Notes under the pieces: generated by a model
Told to the model about the DNA's origin: nothing
The model's database searches: none
What the model saw: the letters and a program-made list of their open reading frames with translations, nothing else
Translations under genes and position numbers: made by a program
Source: a virus
Taxonomy: Duplodnaviria; Caudoviricetes
Strand: one strand, 5' to 3'
Length of the DNA stretch: 60,372 nucleotides
IMG/VR virus record: IMGVR_UViG_3300048086_000023
Coordinates: 1-60,372 of that record
Shown here: piece by piece, positions 42,940-52,118 of the stretch
Position numbering within the stretch: position 1 is the first letter of the stretch
Layout of the letters: each line of letters begins with the position of its first letter

Positions 42940-43626
42940 TTACGTGCTGCGCGCCGTCAAAGAGAGACGGTCGCAATTGTTGAGACGGACGACGATGATG
43001 TTTGCAGCGGTGGTGTTGTCGGTGCCGTTGATGAATGGCGAGGTGCCCGCACCGGCAGGACCAGCCAAACCGCCCGGCGGGGCGTAGGCCGAATAGAAAT
43101 CGACGATGCGGAACGGGAACGAAGACGAGGCGCTAACCGCCGTCGAATTCACCGTGATATTGGAGTAGCCGGTGGTGGTGTTGCCGGTGGTGGAAATGGC
43201 GGTGGTGATACCGATGTTGCCATTGACCTCGGAAGAGAGAATGGCGGCGGTGGTCGAACCCTGGATGATGAACTGCTCATCCGGATCATCAATGATGTAA
43301 GCTTTGATATCGCCGGTCGAACCGGTGACGGTGCCGTTGAAGTAGTTGCTCCAGACCACGCGGCCAGCGCTTGGCTGGTACTGGTAACAACCCTGGAAGA
43401 TGCCGCGACATAGGAACGAGGCGCCGACCGTCGAAACGTTGGTGATATAGGCGCCGGAGTTGCCGCCAGCAGCGAGGGTCGACGAGATAACCGGGTCGCC
43501 ACGGAAGATCAGACCGGGATCGCTCGACGCGATCCAGACCTCGGTCAAGCCGGCGGTGGGCGAGCCACCTTCCGCGCGGCGGAAACTCTGAAACCCCATG
43601 GTGGGGGAATTGAGGGTGTTCGTCAT
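42940..43626 (-). CDS. Capsid cement / decoration protein
   Basis: Upstream of the capsid gene; IFRGDPV, G.F.GC.Y, A...DDP...F.IQ and V..N. Confidence 0.75.
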   Translation of the reverse strand: MTNTLNSPTMGFQSFRRAEGGSPTAGLTEVWIASSDPGLIFRGDPVISSTLAAGGNSGAYITNVSTVGASFLCRGIFQGCYQYQPSAGRVVWSNYFNGTVTGSTGDIKAYIIDDPDEQFIIQGSTTAAILSSEVNGNIGITTAISTTGNTTTGYSNITVNSTAVSASSSFPFRIVDFYSAYAPPGGLAGPAGAGTSPFINGTDNTTAANIIVVRLNNCDRLSLTARST

Positions 43627-43708
43627 ATGGAGGGCTCCAAAAATGGTAACCAGCCGCGACAATCGCGATCCTGGTCATCACCTGAGCCTCCACAGCCTGC
43701 GGAGGGTA

Positions 43709-43737
43709 TTTCATGGAGCCGGCTTGGCTCCATGAAA
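43709..43737. promoter_or_regulatory. 12-bp hairpin upstream of the capsid genes (terminator or mRNA stabiliser)
   Basis: TTTCATGGAGCC-ggctt-GGCTCCATGAAA. Confidence 0.55.
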
Positions 43738-43769
43738 TGAGAATTACTTCAGAATTTCAAAGAATGCAA

Positions 43770-44390
43770 TCATTCTTCCGGAATTTCGATCCGCTCAACC
43801 GTCTTGGTAATGCTGTTGCGGACGCTCTTGTGGCCGGAGCCGGTGACGCCGGGGATACCGTGTCCGATTCCCTCCTCGGTCACCTGCATCGGATGATTGG
43901 CGGCGCGGCTCATGGCCGCCCTCGCCTTCTTCTGGATTTCAGCCGGCCTGGCGACCAGAAGGCAATCCTCCACAACAATGGCCTCATCGATGCCCTTGGA
44001 CATGAACAGACCGTCCAGGACGCCGTCGAAATCGGATTGATAGACCGGGGTCCAACCACCCTTGGTCATGGCGGAAAGCTGCTGCGGGGTATCCATGCCG
44101 CGCACCGATTTCGTCACCCATTGCAACGCAATGCCGTCACGCCAAAGCTGATCGATGATCTCCGGTGAGATTTTGAGACGGTCGACGCCATCGCCGCCAA
44201 CGCCGACGAAGTCTTCGCTTTCCCAATTCGGGCGCGATTTCATCTTGGCGATCATGGGATTCTTCTTCGGTGCTTCGGCGCGATCGGCCGCCGCCTTCAC
44301 CTCATCGATGGTCGGTTTGGGCGCGCGCGGTTTGCCCGCCGGCCAACCGCGCCGCTTCTTCGGCGGGGCAATGATGGTTTCTTCGCTCAT
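43770..44390 (-). CDS. Head assembly-region protein
   Basis: G...QWV..SV.G and GW.PV, LLVARP; AT-hook-like RRGWP at the N-terminus. Confidence 0.7.
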   Translation of the reverse strand: MSEETIIAPPKKRRGWPAGKPRAPKPTIDEVKAAADRAEAPKKNPMIAKMKSRPNWESEDFVGVGGDGVDRLKISPEIIDQLWRDGIALQWVTKSVRGMDTPQQLSAMTKGGWTPVYQSDFDGVLDGLFMSKGIDEAIVVEDCLLVARPAEIQKKARAAMSRAANHPMQVTEEGIGHGIPGVTGSGHKSVRNSITKTVERIEIPEE

Positions 44391-45430
44391 CCGGTTTGCT
44401 CCGTGGTCTGGCGATATTCGCCGCTCTGCCGCATTTTCAAGAGCCGTGCCTTGTTGCGGGCGTACAAAAGCTCTTTCTCGGCATTGGTCATTTTCGGCAG
44501 GTCCGGCCGATCCATGATCGAGGTGCGGGCGATCAGCCGTTCCTCTGCGGTCAGCGTCACGGTTCCGGGCTTTGACCGCTGCCCGGACGTCGATGGCACA
44601 TCCCTGGATGGCGGCGCGGTCATGGGTATGCTCCTTTGCTTCGGTTGGGGTTTCGGTTCTGGCTCAACTCTCGCCTTGAAGCCGAACCGGGTATCGAGCG
44701 CATCGAAATAGGCCGGCGAGAACGCCTCCACGCCGTCAAGGTCGACGATGGCGCCGTGTGCTGCCTGGATCTTCCGATTCAGCGCGGTGTCGTTGATGTA
44801 CTCCGGATGTTTACGTAGCCAGGTCTTGGCGCTGTCCGGCAATTGAACAATCTTCTGTTCAAAATCGAGCTGCGGCGGCGTCGCCGCAGCAGGCTGGCGC
44901 TGCGTCGGTTGTTCGGTTTTGGTTTTCTCAAAGGCCTGCTTAGAGTCTTCGAGCCGATCGACGCGGGAAGCGGCCGACGCCATTATCCGTTGCGCCTTGG
45001 CGGCATTGGCCCAATCGCCGGCAGACGCGAACGCCGCATATTGGGATTCGGCGTTCTCCAGCGTGGCTTGCTCTGCCGCAATCGCGGTCAGCACCGAATT
45101 GTATTCGGCATCCTGCCGATCGCCGCGTTCGCGGGTCAGCTCCTGCTGATGCTCGCGATTCTGCCGCAACGCTTCGTCGCGCTCGCGCTGCGCCGTGCGC
45201 TGCAGCTCTTCGGCGCGCTGCTGCGCATCCAGCGCCTTCTGCAGCGGGTTATCATCCACCTCCGGCTTCGGTTCCGGCTTCTTTTCTACTTCCGGCGCGA
45301 GATCAACTTCGGTGCCGTCAGTGACATCATCATCGGGAAGCTCGATCTCGATGCCCTCGGTGGGCGCTTCCTCGAAATGCTGGATGACCGGTTCTTGCTT
45401 CTCATTGGGTGCGGGGCGCAGGCGCGGCAT
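44387..45430 (-). CDS. Capsid scaffolding protein
   Basis: Acidic N-terminus, long coiled coil, W...HP, and VTLT.EE..IA....YA..K. Confidence 0.78.
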   Translation of the reverse strand: MPRLRPAPNEKQEPVIQHFEEAPTEGIEIELPDDDVTDGTEVDLAPEVEKKPEPKPEVDDNPLQKALDAQQRAEELQRTAQRERDEALRQNREHQQELTRERGDRQDAEYNSVLTAIAAEQATLENAESQYAAFASAGDWANAAKAQRIMASAASRVDRLEDSKQAFEKTKTEQPTQRQPAAATPPQLDFEQKIVQLPDSAKTWLRKHPEYINDTALNRKIQAAHGAIVDLDGVEAFSPAYFDALDTRFGFKARVEPEPKPQPKQRSIPMTAPPSRDVPSTSGQRSKPGTVTLTAEERLIARTSIMDRPDLPKMTNAEKELLYARNKARLLKMRQSGEYRQTTEQTG

Positions 45431-45431
45431 A

Positions 45432-45842
45432 TTAGAACACCATCGTTGGGTCGGGGATTGTCATGCGCAGCTTGTCGTAGGGCACCATTCGGCACGGCAC
45501 GCCGTTAAGCTGGATCGGCCAGCTATGGGTGCCCTGATAGATGACCCAGGTGTGCAGGATCGCGTCATTGCCGGCGGTCGCTTCATCTTCCCAATCGGCA
45601 TAGGCAACCGGGCCGACCTTGAGCACCAGGCCGACCTTGCCCTGGTGTTCGTCTTCCTTGACGTTATCGAGCGGCCGGATGATGCCGCCTGAGGTCATCT
45701 CGTTGCGGATGAAGGTTCCGACCAGGACGAGATCCTTCTGGACCTTGACGTTGGTCAGATCGCCCACGGCCTCAATGATCGCCTTCTTGGGATCAGCGGC
45801 ACGGGCAAGCTGTTCGATCTTCGGGGCGCTAAGCACCGGCAT
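45432..45842 (-). CDS. GroES-like co-chaperonin
   Basis: T.GGII.P, G.VLKVGP.AY.D and cpn10-like size. Confidence 0.8.
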   Translation of the reverse strand: MPVLSAPKIEQLARAADPKKAIIEAVGDLTNVKVQKDLVLVGTFIRNEMTSGGIIRPLDNVKEDEHQGKVGLVLKVGPVAYADWEDEATAGNDAILHTWVIYQGTHSWPIQLNGVPCRMVPYDKLRMTIPDPTMVF

Positions 45843-46044
45843 TTGGTTCGTCTCCACTCAGACTGAAATCGGCTTCCTCGGAAATTCGCAGCGCGTCATT
45901 GATGCCCTGCACCTGGCCGACGAGCTGGCGATAGCCCGGATAATCCGCCGGGATACCGCCGGCCAGGGCGTCGATCAGGGCACTCCGATGCTCGTACATC
46001 AGGCGCTCAAAGACTCGCGTGTGATGGCTCTTGATCGCCGTCAT
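45829..46044 (-). CDS. Small head-region protein
   Basis: L..G...DY..YR.LVG...G...A; ATGA coupling. Confidence 0.7.
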   Translation of the reverse strand: MTAIKSHHTRVFERLMYEHRSALIDALAGGIPADYPGYRQLVGQVQGINDALRISEEADFSLSGDEPNAGA

Positions 46045-46601
46045 TTGCGCCGCTTCTGATGCTCCGCCTTTTCCTCGCGACCAACGCCGGACGCGGCACC
46101 GCCCCGGAAGTAGCTGTTGGTACTGGCGCGCTTGCTCCACTGCTCAATGTTGCCCTTGGTGGATTCGCCGTCGATCACACGGCCACCGCTCTTGCGCATC
46201 GGCATTCCTGGCGGCATGCCGGGGGGCGGTCCGCCGGCACCGGGCGGCGGCATCGGCGGTCCGCCCGGAGCGCCGCCGGGAGGGCCACCCATGGGAGGGG
46301 GCGGCATCCCGGCGGGTCCACCCGGCGCTGGTGCAGCAGCCCCGTGATGCGGAACGACGATGGCGATATTGGTCTGGTGGCCTTTGCCCTTGACCTTGCC
46401 GCCGCGCGCGAAACGTTTCGGAGTCTTGCCGCCGCAGGCATAGGTCGCGTCGTGGCTCTGCGCGGCGCTCTTGCTGGTCACCTTGCTGAAGGCGTGACTC
46501 TTGTTGTGCTCTTTGGCGCCGGCCGGCTCTTCCTTCAAGATGTGGTGCACACGGCGGTGCGAGACCTGGTGCTCGCGATGAAGATGGTGACTGTGGGCCA
46601 T
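46041..46601 (-). CDS. His/Gly/Pro-rich virion-associated protein
   Basis: GAGGA SD; FARGGKV and RKSGGRV motifs; poly-Pro/Gly tract. Confidence 0.75.
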   Translation of the reverse strand: MAHSHHLHREHQVSHRRVHHILKEEPAGAKEHNKSHAFSKVTSKSAAQSHDATYACGGKTPKRFARGGKVKGKGHQTNIAIVVPHHGAAAPAPGGPAGMPPPPMGGPPGGAPGGPPMPPPGAGGPPPGMPPGMPMRKSGGRVIDGESTKGNIEQWSKRASTNSYFRGGAASGVGREEKAEHQKRRK

Positions 46602-46603
46602 GG

Positions 46604-46864
46604 CTAATTCCTCTTTGGTGCTTCGTCTTCGGGAGCATCCGGTCTCATTCGATCCGAAACTCTCTTTGCGTCTTCAGCGCCGTACTGAAATGCGTCTTTC
46701 CCGCTCCATGTGCCGGCACCTAAGGTTTTCATGCCTCTGATGTAATCTTTGGCGTGGCCCATCTCCTCAGCGGAGGGAACAGGTCCGCCTTCGGCCTTCA
46801 AGATGTGCTTAACTCTCGCGCGCGAGACGACATGTTCCCGGTGCTCATGGTACGGGTGGGCCAT
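46604..46864 (-). CDS. Small protein sharing its N-terminus with 46041-46601
   Basis: MAHPYHEHREHVVSRARVKHILK versus MAHSHHLHREHQVSHRRVHHILK. Confidence 0.7.
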   Translation of the reverse strand: MAHPYHEHREHVVSRARVKHILKAEGGPVPSAEEMGHAKDYIRGMKTLGAGTWSGKDAFQYGAEDAKRVSDRMRPDAPEDEAPKRN

Positions 46865-46866
46865 GG

Positions 46867-47085
46867 CTACTTCCTGATGTTGCCGTAATTGCTGATCTGG
46901 CGCGGCGGTGCGGACGTCCACAGCTCTTCCGGCTTCTGCGACCCGTCGCCCTGCGCCGATGCGGTGACCTTGACGCCGGCAATGCGAGAGGCGCGATCGA
47001 TCGGATGTTCGCCGCGTTCGCCGGTTATGGCGTCAAGTTTGTCGCCGGCCGATCGGACGGCATCGCTTTCGTTGGGATGGGGCAT
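46867..47085 (-). CDS. Small hypothetical protein
   Basis: TAATG coupling to the portal gene. Confidence 0.6.
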   Translation of the reverse strand: MPHPNESDAVRSAGDKLDAITGERGEHPIDRASRIAGVKVTASAQGDGSQKPEELWTSAPPRQISNYGNIRK

Positions 47086-49634
47086 TACTTTCCTCCTGCC
47101 GGCTTTGGCGCTTTCGCCATGGCCTTGGCTTTCGCTTCGGCAATCTGCTTTTGGTTTTCCAGGCTAGCCTGGTGCTTCTCGGTTTCGAGCTGCATCTCCT
47201 GGCCATGCCGCTCGCGCTGCGCCGCGAGATCCTGTTCGTGCTTCTGCCGCTGCGCCGCGATTTCCTGCATATGCTTCTGCGCATTGGCGCCAATTTCGAG
47301 CTGATGCTTCTGCGCGGTTTGCTGCAGGTCCGCCTGGCCGGCGGCGTGATCGGCAATGATGCCGTGTACGGCGGTGGCCTGTTTCACCGCCATGTCGGAT
47401 TGCGCCGACATGTTGTCGCGCTGGATGTCGTGGGCGTGGATGACCATTTCGGCCTGGACGCGAAGCTGCTCAAGCTGCATCTCGTATTGCTGCATCTGCT
47501 GCTTGAAGGCGCGTTCCTTTTCCTTGTCGGCAAACGTCATCTGCGAAGTTTGTGCCTGGATCTGGACCTTGGCCTGGTCGATCTGCGCCTTCATCTGTTC
47601 GGCCGCCGCCTTGGCCTTGATCGCTTCCATGCGCGGGTCTGGCGGCGGCGGTGCGGTCTGATTCTGCATCAGGCCTTCGCTATCGATGTCCGCGATGCGC
47701 ATGATACGTTTCAGCGCTGCGCGCTTGTCCATGTCCTGCGGATACTTTTGGACCAGCGTATCGATGATGGTTGCCTTGGCAATGCGGTGCAGCGATGTCG
47801 GGTTGTTCGGATCGGCAACGGGGACCAGTTCGCGCTGCTCCAGCGCCTGTTTGAACTGTTCAACGGTCCACTGCCGCGATGGCCGCTTGTTGTGGCGCCA
47901 GAAGGCCTCCGGATCTTCGCGAAAGCGCTCCTTCAAAAGCTGGAATTCCTGCGCCTGCGCGGCGTGAAGCCGCTTGTGCACGGAGTCCATGATCTTGGTG
48001 GCCTGTTCGATCAGCGCCATGGTGGTGCCGACCGGAACATCCTGTTTGCCCTCGCCGATGTTCAGCTCGGCGGTCTGACCGAGGCGCTGGCCGACCTGCT
48101 CAATGTTGCTTGCCAGGTTGGTGAAGGCCGCACCGGTCTCTTTATATGGCAGCGGCATGAACGCATCCTGGATGCGCATGCCCGGCGGCACATCGACCGG
48201 AAAACCGCCGCCTGGCGGGACGCGAATCTGGTTGGTGTTCTGCCGCCCTGCCCCTTTGGCGAACAGGAAGCCCGGGAAGTTCGAAAACATCCCGTTGTCG
48301 ATCATGATCCGCCAGATCGCGGTCAGCGCCATGGTGACGTTGCCAAGGATGTGACCGAGACCGAGACCATAGAAACCGAGACCACGGATGAACGGGAACT
48401 GGACAAAGAACTGCTTGGCGAGCGCCTGTTCGTCGTCCTCTTCCCAATTGCGGCGAACACCGAGAACCTGCCGGCTTTCTTTCTCCATGGTGACGACGTA
48501 GGGAAGCGGGATGCCGTCGCCCTTGAATTGCTTCGGCGCGAAGTCGTCGAGATCCCACTCGCAATAGCATTCGTAAATTTCGTAGTCGGCATCTTTGGGC
48601 CGCGATGGCTGCAGCTTGTAGCCGCCGATTTCGGCCTTCTCTTTCTCAACCGCCGTGGTTTGCTGTGCTGGGTTCGGCGATCCGAGCGCCACGTCGCGGT
48701 AGGCGCCGGCCTTCTGCATCCGCTTCACCATCGAGGGACGCATCTTGATGCGATGGGTGACCCGGCCGCAGTTCCTGATGTCGGTCGCGGCGTTGCTGAC
48801 GATGATGTCTTCGGCGTCAACGGATTCCGAGACGGGTCTCCGTTTCAAGACGTGGTTGTAGACCTTCTTAAATCCGTCGCCGCCGAAGCCGATGTAGAAC
48901 ATCATCCGGTCGGTGTCGGGCACGTACTCGGTCGCCGTCACCGTCAGGAAATGGTTCATGTCAATTTCGAGTGCGGACGCCAGATCGTCCATCGCCTGGC
49001 CCTCCGGCGCTCCGGGTACGGGCGGCGGGGTTTGCGGCGGTGGCGCGGGCGGTGCACCTGGCTGTGCTCCGGCGATATTCGGTGCTGGCGCCGGCAGATC
49101 CGGCCGCATTGGCAGATCGTTGCGAACCTTGACCGGCCCGGTGGCCGGAAGCAGTTCGCCAAGCGCATTGGCCTGGAAATGGATGGTGGCCTCAAGCATC
49201 AGCGGATGGCGGATCGAGGCCATGCCCTCAAGCGGCGCCGATGAGGTGCCGATGTCGCCGCGAGGCTCTTCAAGTTTCAGCGCCAGCAGCCGGATGAACG
49301 CTGCCCGGGTCTCTAACCAATCTTTGCGCGATTGATCGTCCAGCTCAATGCCAGCCAAAAGCTCCGAGGCCATTGAGGTTAGTTCGTCGTCGTCGACCTC
49401 ATCGGCGAGATTGCGGTAGAAATCGTTGCCGTCCGTCTCGCCGGCATTGCGGTCGCGGTTCTCATCGAAAGTAACCGAGCCGTCCGGATGCTCAATCTTG
49501 GCGACGCCATTTGCGTCGAAAGTGATGGTATGATTGCCCTCGTCAAGATCGTATTCAGCCGAACTGAGCTGGTGCTCTGTCGGCTCCGGATCGAGCAATC
49601 GGAGGCTGGTTTGCGAGGCCATTTGGCCGTCCAA
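47085..49634 (-). CDS. Portal protein
   Basis: 849 aa after the terminase; SR.DW, HP...EA...FQA.A..EL.P..GPVK, GFYGLG, LPYKE and PVGTT.AL.E. Confidence 0.92.
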   Translation of the reverse strand: MDGQMASQTSLRLLDPEPTEHQLSSAEYDLDEGNHTITFDANGVAKIEHPDGSVTFDENRDRNAGETDGNDFYRNLADEVDDDELTSMASELLAGIELDDQSRKDWLETRAAFIRLLALKLEEPRGDIGTSSAPLEGMASIRHPLMLEATIHFQANALGELLPATGPVKVRNDLPMRPDLPAPAPNIAGAQPGAPPAPPPQTPPPVPGAPEGQAMDDLASALEIDMNHFLTVTATEYVPDTDRMMFYIGFGGDGFKKVYNHVLKRRPVSESVDAEDIIVSNAATDIRNCGRVTHRIKMRPSMVKRMQKAGAYRDVALGSPNPAQQTTAVEKEKAEIGGYKLQPSRPKDADYEIYECYCEWDLDDFAPKQFKGDGIPLPYVVTMEKESRQVLGVRRNWEEDDEQALAKQFFVQFPFIRGLGFYGLGLGHILGNVTMALTAIWRIMIDNGMFSNFPGFLFAKGAGRQNTNQIRVPPGGGFPVDVPPGMRIQDAFMPLPYKETGAAFTNLASNIEQVGQRLGQTAELNIGEGKQDVPVGTTMALIEQATKIMDSVHKRLHAAQAQEFQLLKERFREDPEAFWRHNKRPSRQWTVEQFKQALEQRELVPVADPNNPTSLHRIAKATIIDTLVQKYPQDMDKRAALKRIMRIADIDSEGLMQNQTAPPPPDPRMEAIKAKAAAEQMKAQIDQAKVQIQAQTSQMTFADKEKERAFKQQMQQYEMQLEQLRVQAEMVIHAHDIQRDNMSAQSDMAVKQATAVHGIIADHAAGQADLQQTAQKHQLEIGANAQKHMQEIAAQRQKHEQDLAAQRERHGQEMQLETEKHQASLENQKQIAEAKAKAMAKAPKPAGGK

Positions 49635-49666
49635 GGTCTGAAATGTCTTTCAGATTTATCACGACG

Positions 49667-51367
49667 TCAGATCGGATACAATGCGCCCGACCGGGGCCGA
49701 TACTTGGTCTCGTCCTGCAGCTCGACTGTCCGCTCTTCCTTCTTGATCGCCCAGCCGGAGCGGCGCAGCCAAATCAGCGCCATGCTGCAGGTATCGGCGA
49801 GGTCGTCATGGATCGCGCGCGGCACCGTGGCGCATTGCTGCACCATTTCGTCGGTCCAATCGCGGTCCGGGGCGTAGACCAGGCCCTCGGCGAACAGATG
49901 GACGACGGTGATCAGCCGCGCCGACTTGTCCGGGGATTTGATGAAGCCGCTGCTCGGATTGACCAGCTCAATGCCGAAAGCGAACGAGCCAAACAGCCGC
50001 GCCAGTTCCTGGCTCACGGAATGGCCCGCCGCCTTATCTTCGATCAGCAACCGGTCGATTTTCCACTTCAGGCAATCAGCGCCGACGCGGGTAACCAGAT
50101 TGTGGATCGCTAGCCGGGCTTGCCAGCAATAGATCAGGAAGATCCGGGGCTGCCCGTTGGGATCGCGGAAGATGCCCCATATAGAGAGTGCGGACGGGTC
50201 ATTTTCCTCTTTTTCGGTAAACGCGGTATCGAGAGCGGCCAGGATGTACTCAAATCCGGGGTAGATCTCTTTAATCTTGCCGTCGTCGCCCTCCTCGAAA
50301 GCGACGCCGTTTTCCGACGCCGTTTCCTTGTCCCAGATCTGCCACCAGTCTTTGCGGATGATGCCGCCGCCGCGTGGCGCCGGTTCCTGCTGGTATTGAC
50401 CGGCGTAGGCGTATGGCCCCAGCTCGGATTCGAGCTTGATAACTTCGCTGGCCGGGAACCGGCCAGACCACAACAGCTCGCCCTCCTCGCTCCTCCGGTC
50501 GACCCAGAAGATGTCCTCCTCCGGGATTTCCTCGATGTCTTCGCCGATGAAGGTAACGACCTTGTCGTCCACCCAGGCGTTGACGTGCTGGCACGGCACA
50601 TAGGACATCGGCACGCAGAAATGCACGTAGTTCGGCAAACGCCCGGCCTTGCGTTCCAGATCGTCCTTCCTCAAAATCTCGCCGGCCAGGTCGCCCTCGT
50701 GAACGCGCTGCATCACCACGACCATGGCGCCGGTTTTGCGATCGTTGAGGCGCGACGGCATGGTTTCCGACCACCAGCGACAGGTCTCCTCGCGGACGCG
50801 CTCCGATTCCGCCTCCTTGACCAGGTGGGGATCGTCGGCGACCAGAATGTCCGCGCCCCAGCCGGTCGCCTTGGCGTCGACCGAGGACGCCATACGGTAA
50901 CCGCGCTTGTCGTTTTCAAAGTAGCCCTGGGTTTCCCGGATCAACTTAAATCTTGATCCCCATAGGCGCCGGTACCAGTTCGATTGAATCAGCCGCCGGC
51001 ATTTGGTCGAATGCTCCAGGGAGAGCTGTTCGGCGTAGCTGGCATAGAAGAAAGAGACCTGCGGTCCCATCAGCGGGCCGCGCTCGCGCTGCGCCCAAAC
51101 CCAGGCGCAGAAGCAGATCGAGACAATGAAGGTCTTGCCGGTGCGCGGCGGTTCGTTGAGCAGAAGACGCGAGATATGGCCGCGCGCGACCGCCTCCATG
51201 TGATTGCAAATGTCCTCAAGGTGCCAATTGTCGACGAATTCCGCCGGGTCTACCTCCGGCCACGCCGCTTTGACGAATTCGTAAAAGGTGGCCTCAAGCC
51301 GTTCGGCTTCCTGGATTTCCCGGTAGCGCTTCGTCGCCTTGGCGAGGGTGAGGAGGCCGTCGCTCAT
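49667..51367 (-). CDS. terL: Terminase large subunit
   Basis: Walker A PPRTGKT, Walker B ILVADDP, MQRVHE.DL, YQQ.P, LDTA, IEDKAAG and HDDLAD. Confidence 0.95.
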   Translation of the reverse strand: MSDGLLTLAKATKRYREIQEAERLEATFYEFVKAAWPEVDPAEFVDNWHLEDICNHMEAVARGHISRLLLNEPPRTGKTFIVSICFCAWVWAQRERGPLMGPQVSFFYASYAEQLSLEHSTKCRRLIQSNWYRRLWGSRFKLIRETQGYFENDKRGYRMASSVDAKATGWGADILVADDPHLVKEAESERVREETCRWWSETMPSRLNDRKTGAMVVVMQRVHEGDLAGEILRKDDLERKAGRLPNYVHFCVPMSYVPCQHVNAWVDDKVVTFIGEDIEEIPEEDIFWVDRRSEEGELLWSGRFPASEVIKLESELGPYAYAGQYQQEPAPRGGGIIRKDWWQIWDKETASENGVAFEEGDDGKIKEIYPGFEYILAALDTAFTEKEENDPSALSIWGIFRDPNGQPRIFLIYCWQARLAIHNLVTRVGADCLKWKIDRLLIEDKAAGHSVSQELARLFGSFAFGIELVNPSSGFIKSPDKSARLITVVHLFAEGLVYAPDRDWTDEMVQQCATVPRAIHDDLADTCSMALIWLRRSGWAIKKEERTVELQDETKYRPRSGALYPI

Positions 51368-51639
51368 GCCACCATCCGCAGGAAATACCAGCAGAGGTCA
51401 GCGAAGATCATCAGCGCGTAGATGCTGGACCAGAACCAATTGGTGTGATCATGGGCGGCCTGCATGGTGAAGATTCGGGTGCGGTAGAGCGGGTCACGTT
51501 CGAACCGGATATTTTCCGGCAGCGCCGAGCTGCCATAGATTTGATCGCAAACCTCTTCCCAGCGCCGGTCCGGTGTCTGGTACGGCCTCTCCGGCCGGAT
51601 GATCCCCGGTCGCGGGATGATCTGCTGCAGTTCGGACAT
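51364..51639 (-). CDS. Hypothetical protein upstream of terL
   Basis: ATGA coupling to terL; hydrophobic C-terminus. Confidence 0.55.
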   Translation of the reverse strand: MSELQQIIPRPGIIRPERPYQTPDRRWEEVCDQIYGSSALPENIRFERDPLYRTRIFTMQAAHDHTNWFWSSIYALMIFADLCWYFLRMVA

Positions 51640-51729
51640 CCGACAAACATAAGCCCGTCCGCTTATAAAGTGAAGTTGCTCTCAATTCATGGTGACAGGC
51701 CGCTGACAGCGCGCTATCGATATCGCCCC

Positions 51730-51897
51730 ATGGAACAACAAACCGAGCGCCATCGCGTCACCTGGACCACCAGGATTAATGTTCGGCCGGCGTCGCGCGA
51801 AATGATCCGCCTGATGGCCCATGACGAGCACATGTCGGTCGCGACGCTGATCGGCCTGGCGATCGAAACCTACGTCACAGAACGGAGCACCGCATGA
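51730..51897 (+). CDS. Ribbon-helix-helix-like regulator
   Basis: TTRINV.....EMIR.MA.DEHMSVATLI..AIETY. Confidence 0.65.
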   Translation: MEQQTERHRVTWTTRINVRPASREMIRLMAHDEHMSVATLIGLAIETYVTERSTA

Positions 51898-52118
51898 ATC
51901 GCGATGAGATGGTGGAACTGCGCCGACGCCTGATCCGGGGCGATCCTCCGTATGAAGAGGTCGACCTGATGGGCAGGCCGAAGCGGGACAAAAGCGGAGT
52001 GCCCGGACTGGATGAACTGAAGGCGATGGGTGACTACGGCGCTGGCGCCAGCGGGATCAGGTTGGCCTTGGAGACCGAGCTGCGGATCATTGATCACCTG
52101 CTGGAGAAGATGCGATGA
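51894..52118 (+). CDS. Hypothetical protein
   Basis: GGAG SD; ATGA coupling. Confidence 0.65.
   Translation: MNRDEMVELRRRLIRGDPPYEEVDLMGRPKRDKSGVPGLDELKAMGDYGAGASGIRLALETELRIIDHLLEKMR

Noticed and set aside
47151-49244. 697-aa plus-strand ORF
   Set aside because: Antisense shadow of the portal gene, as expected from high-GC codon bias; no motifs.
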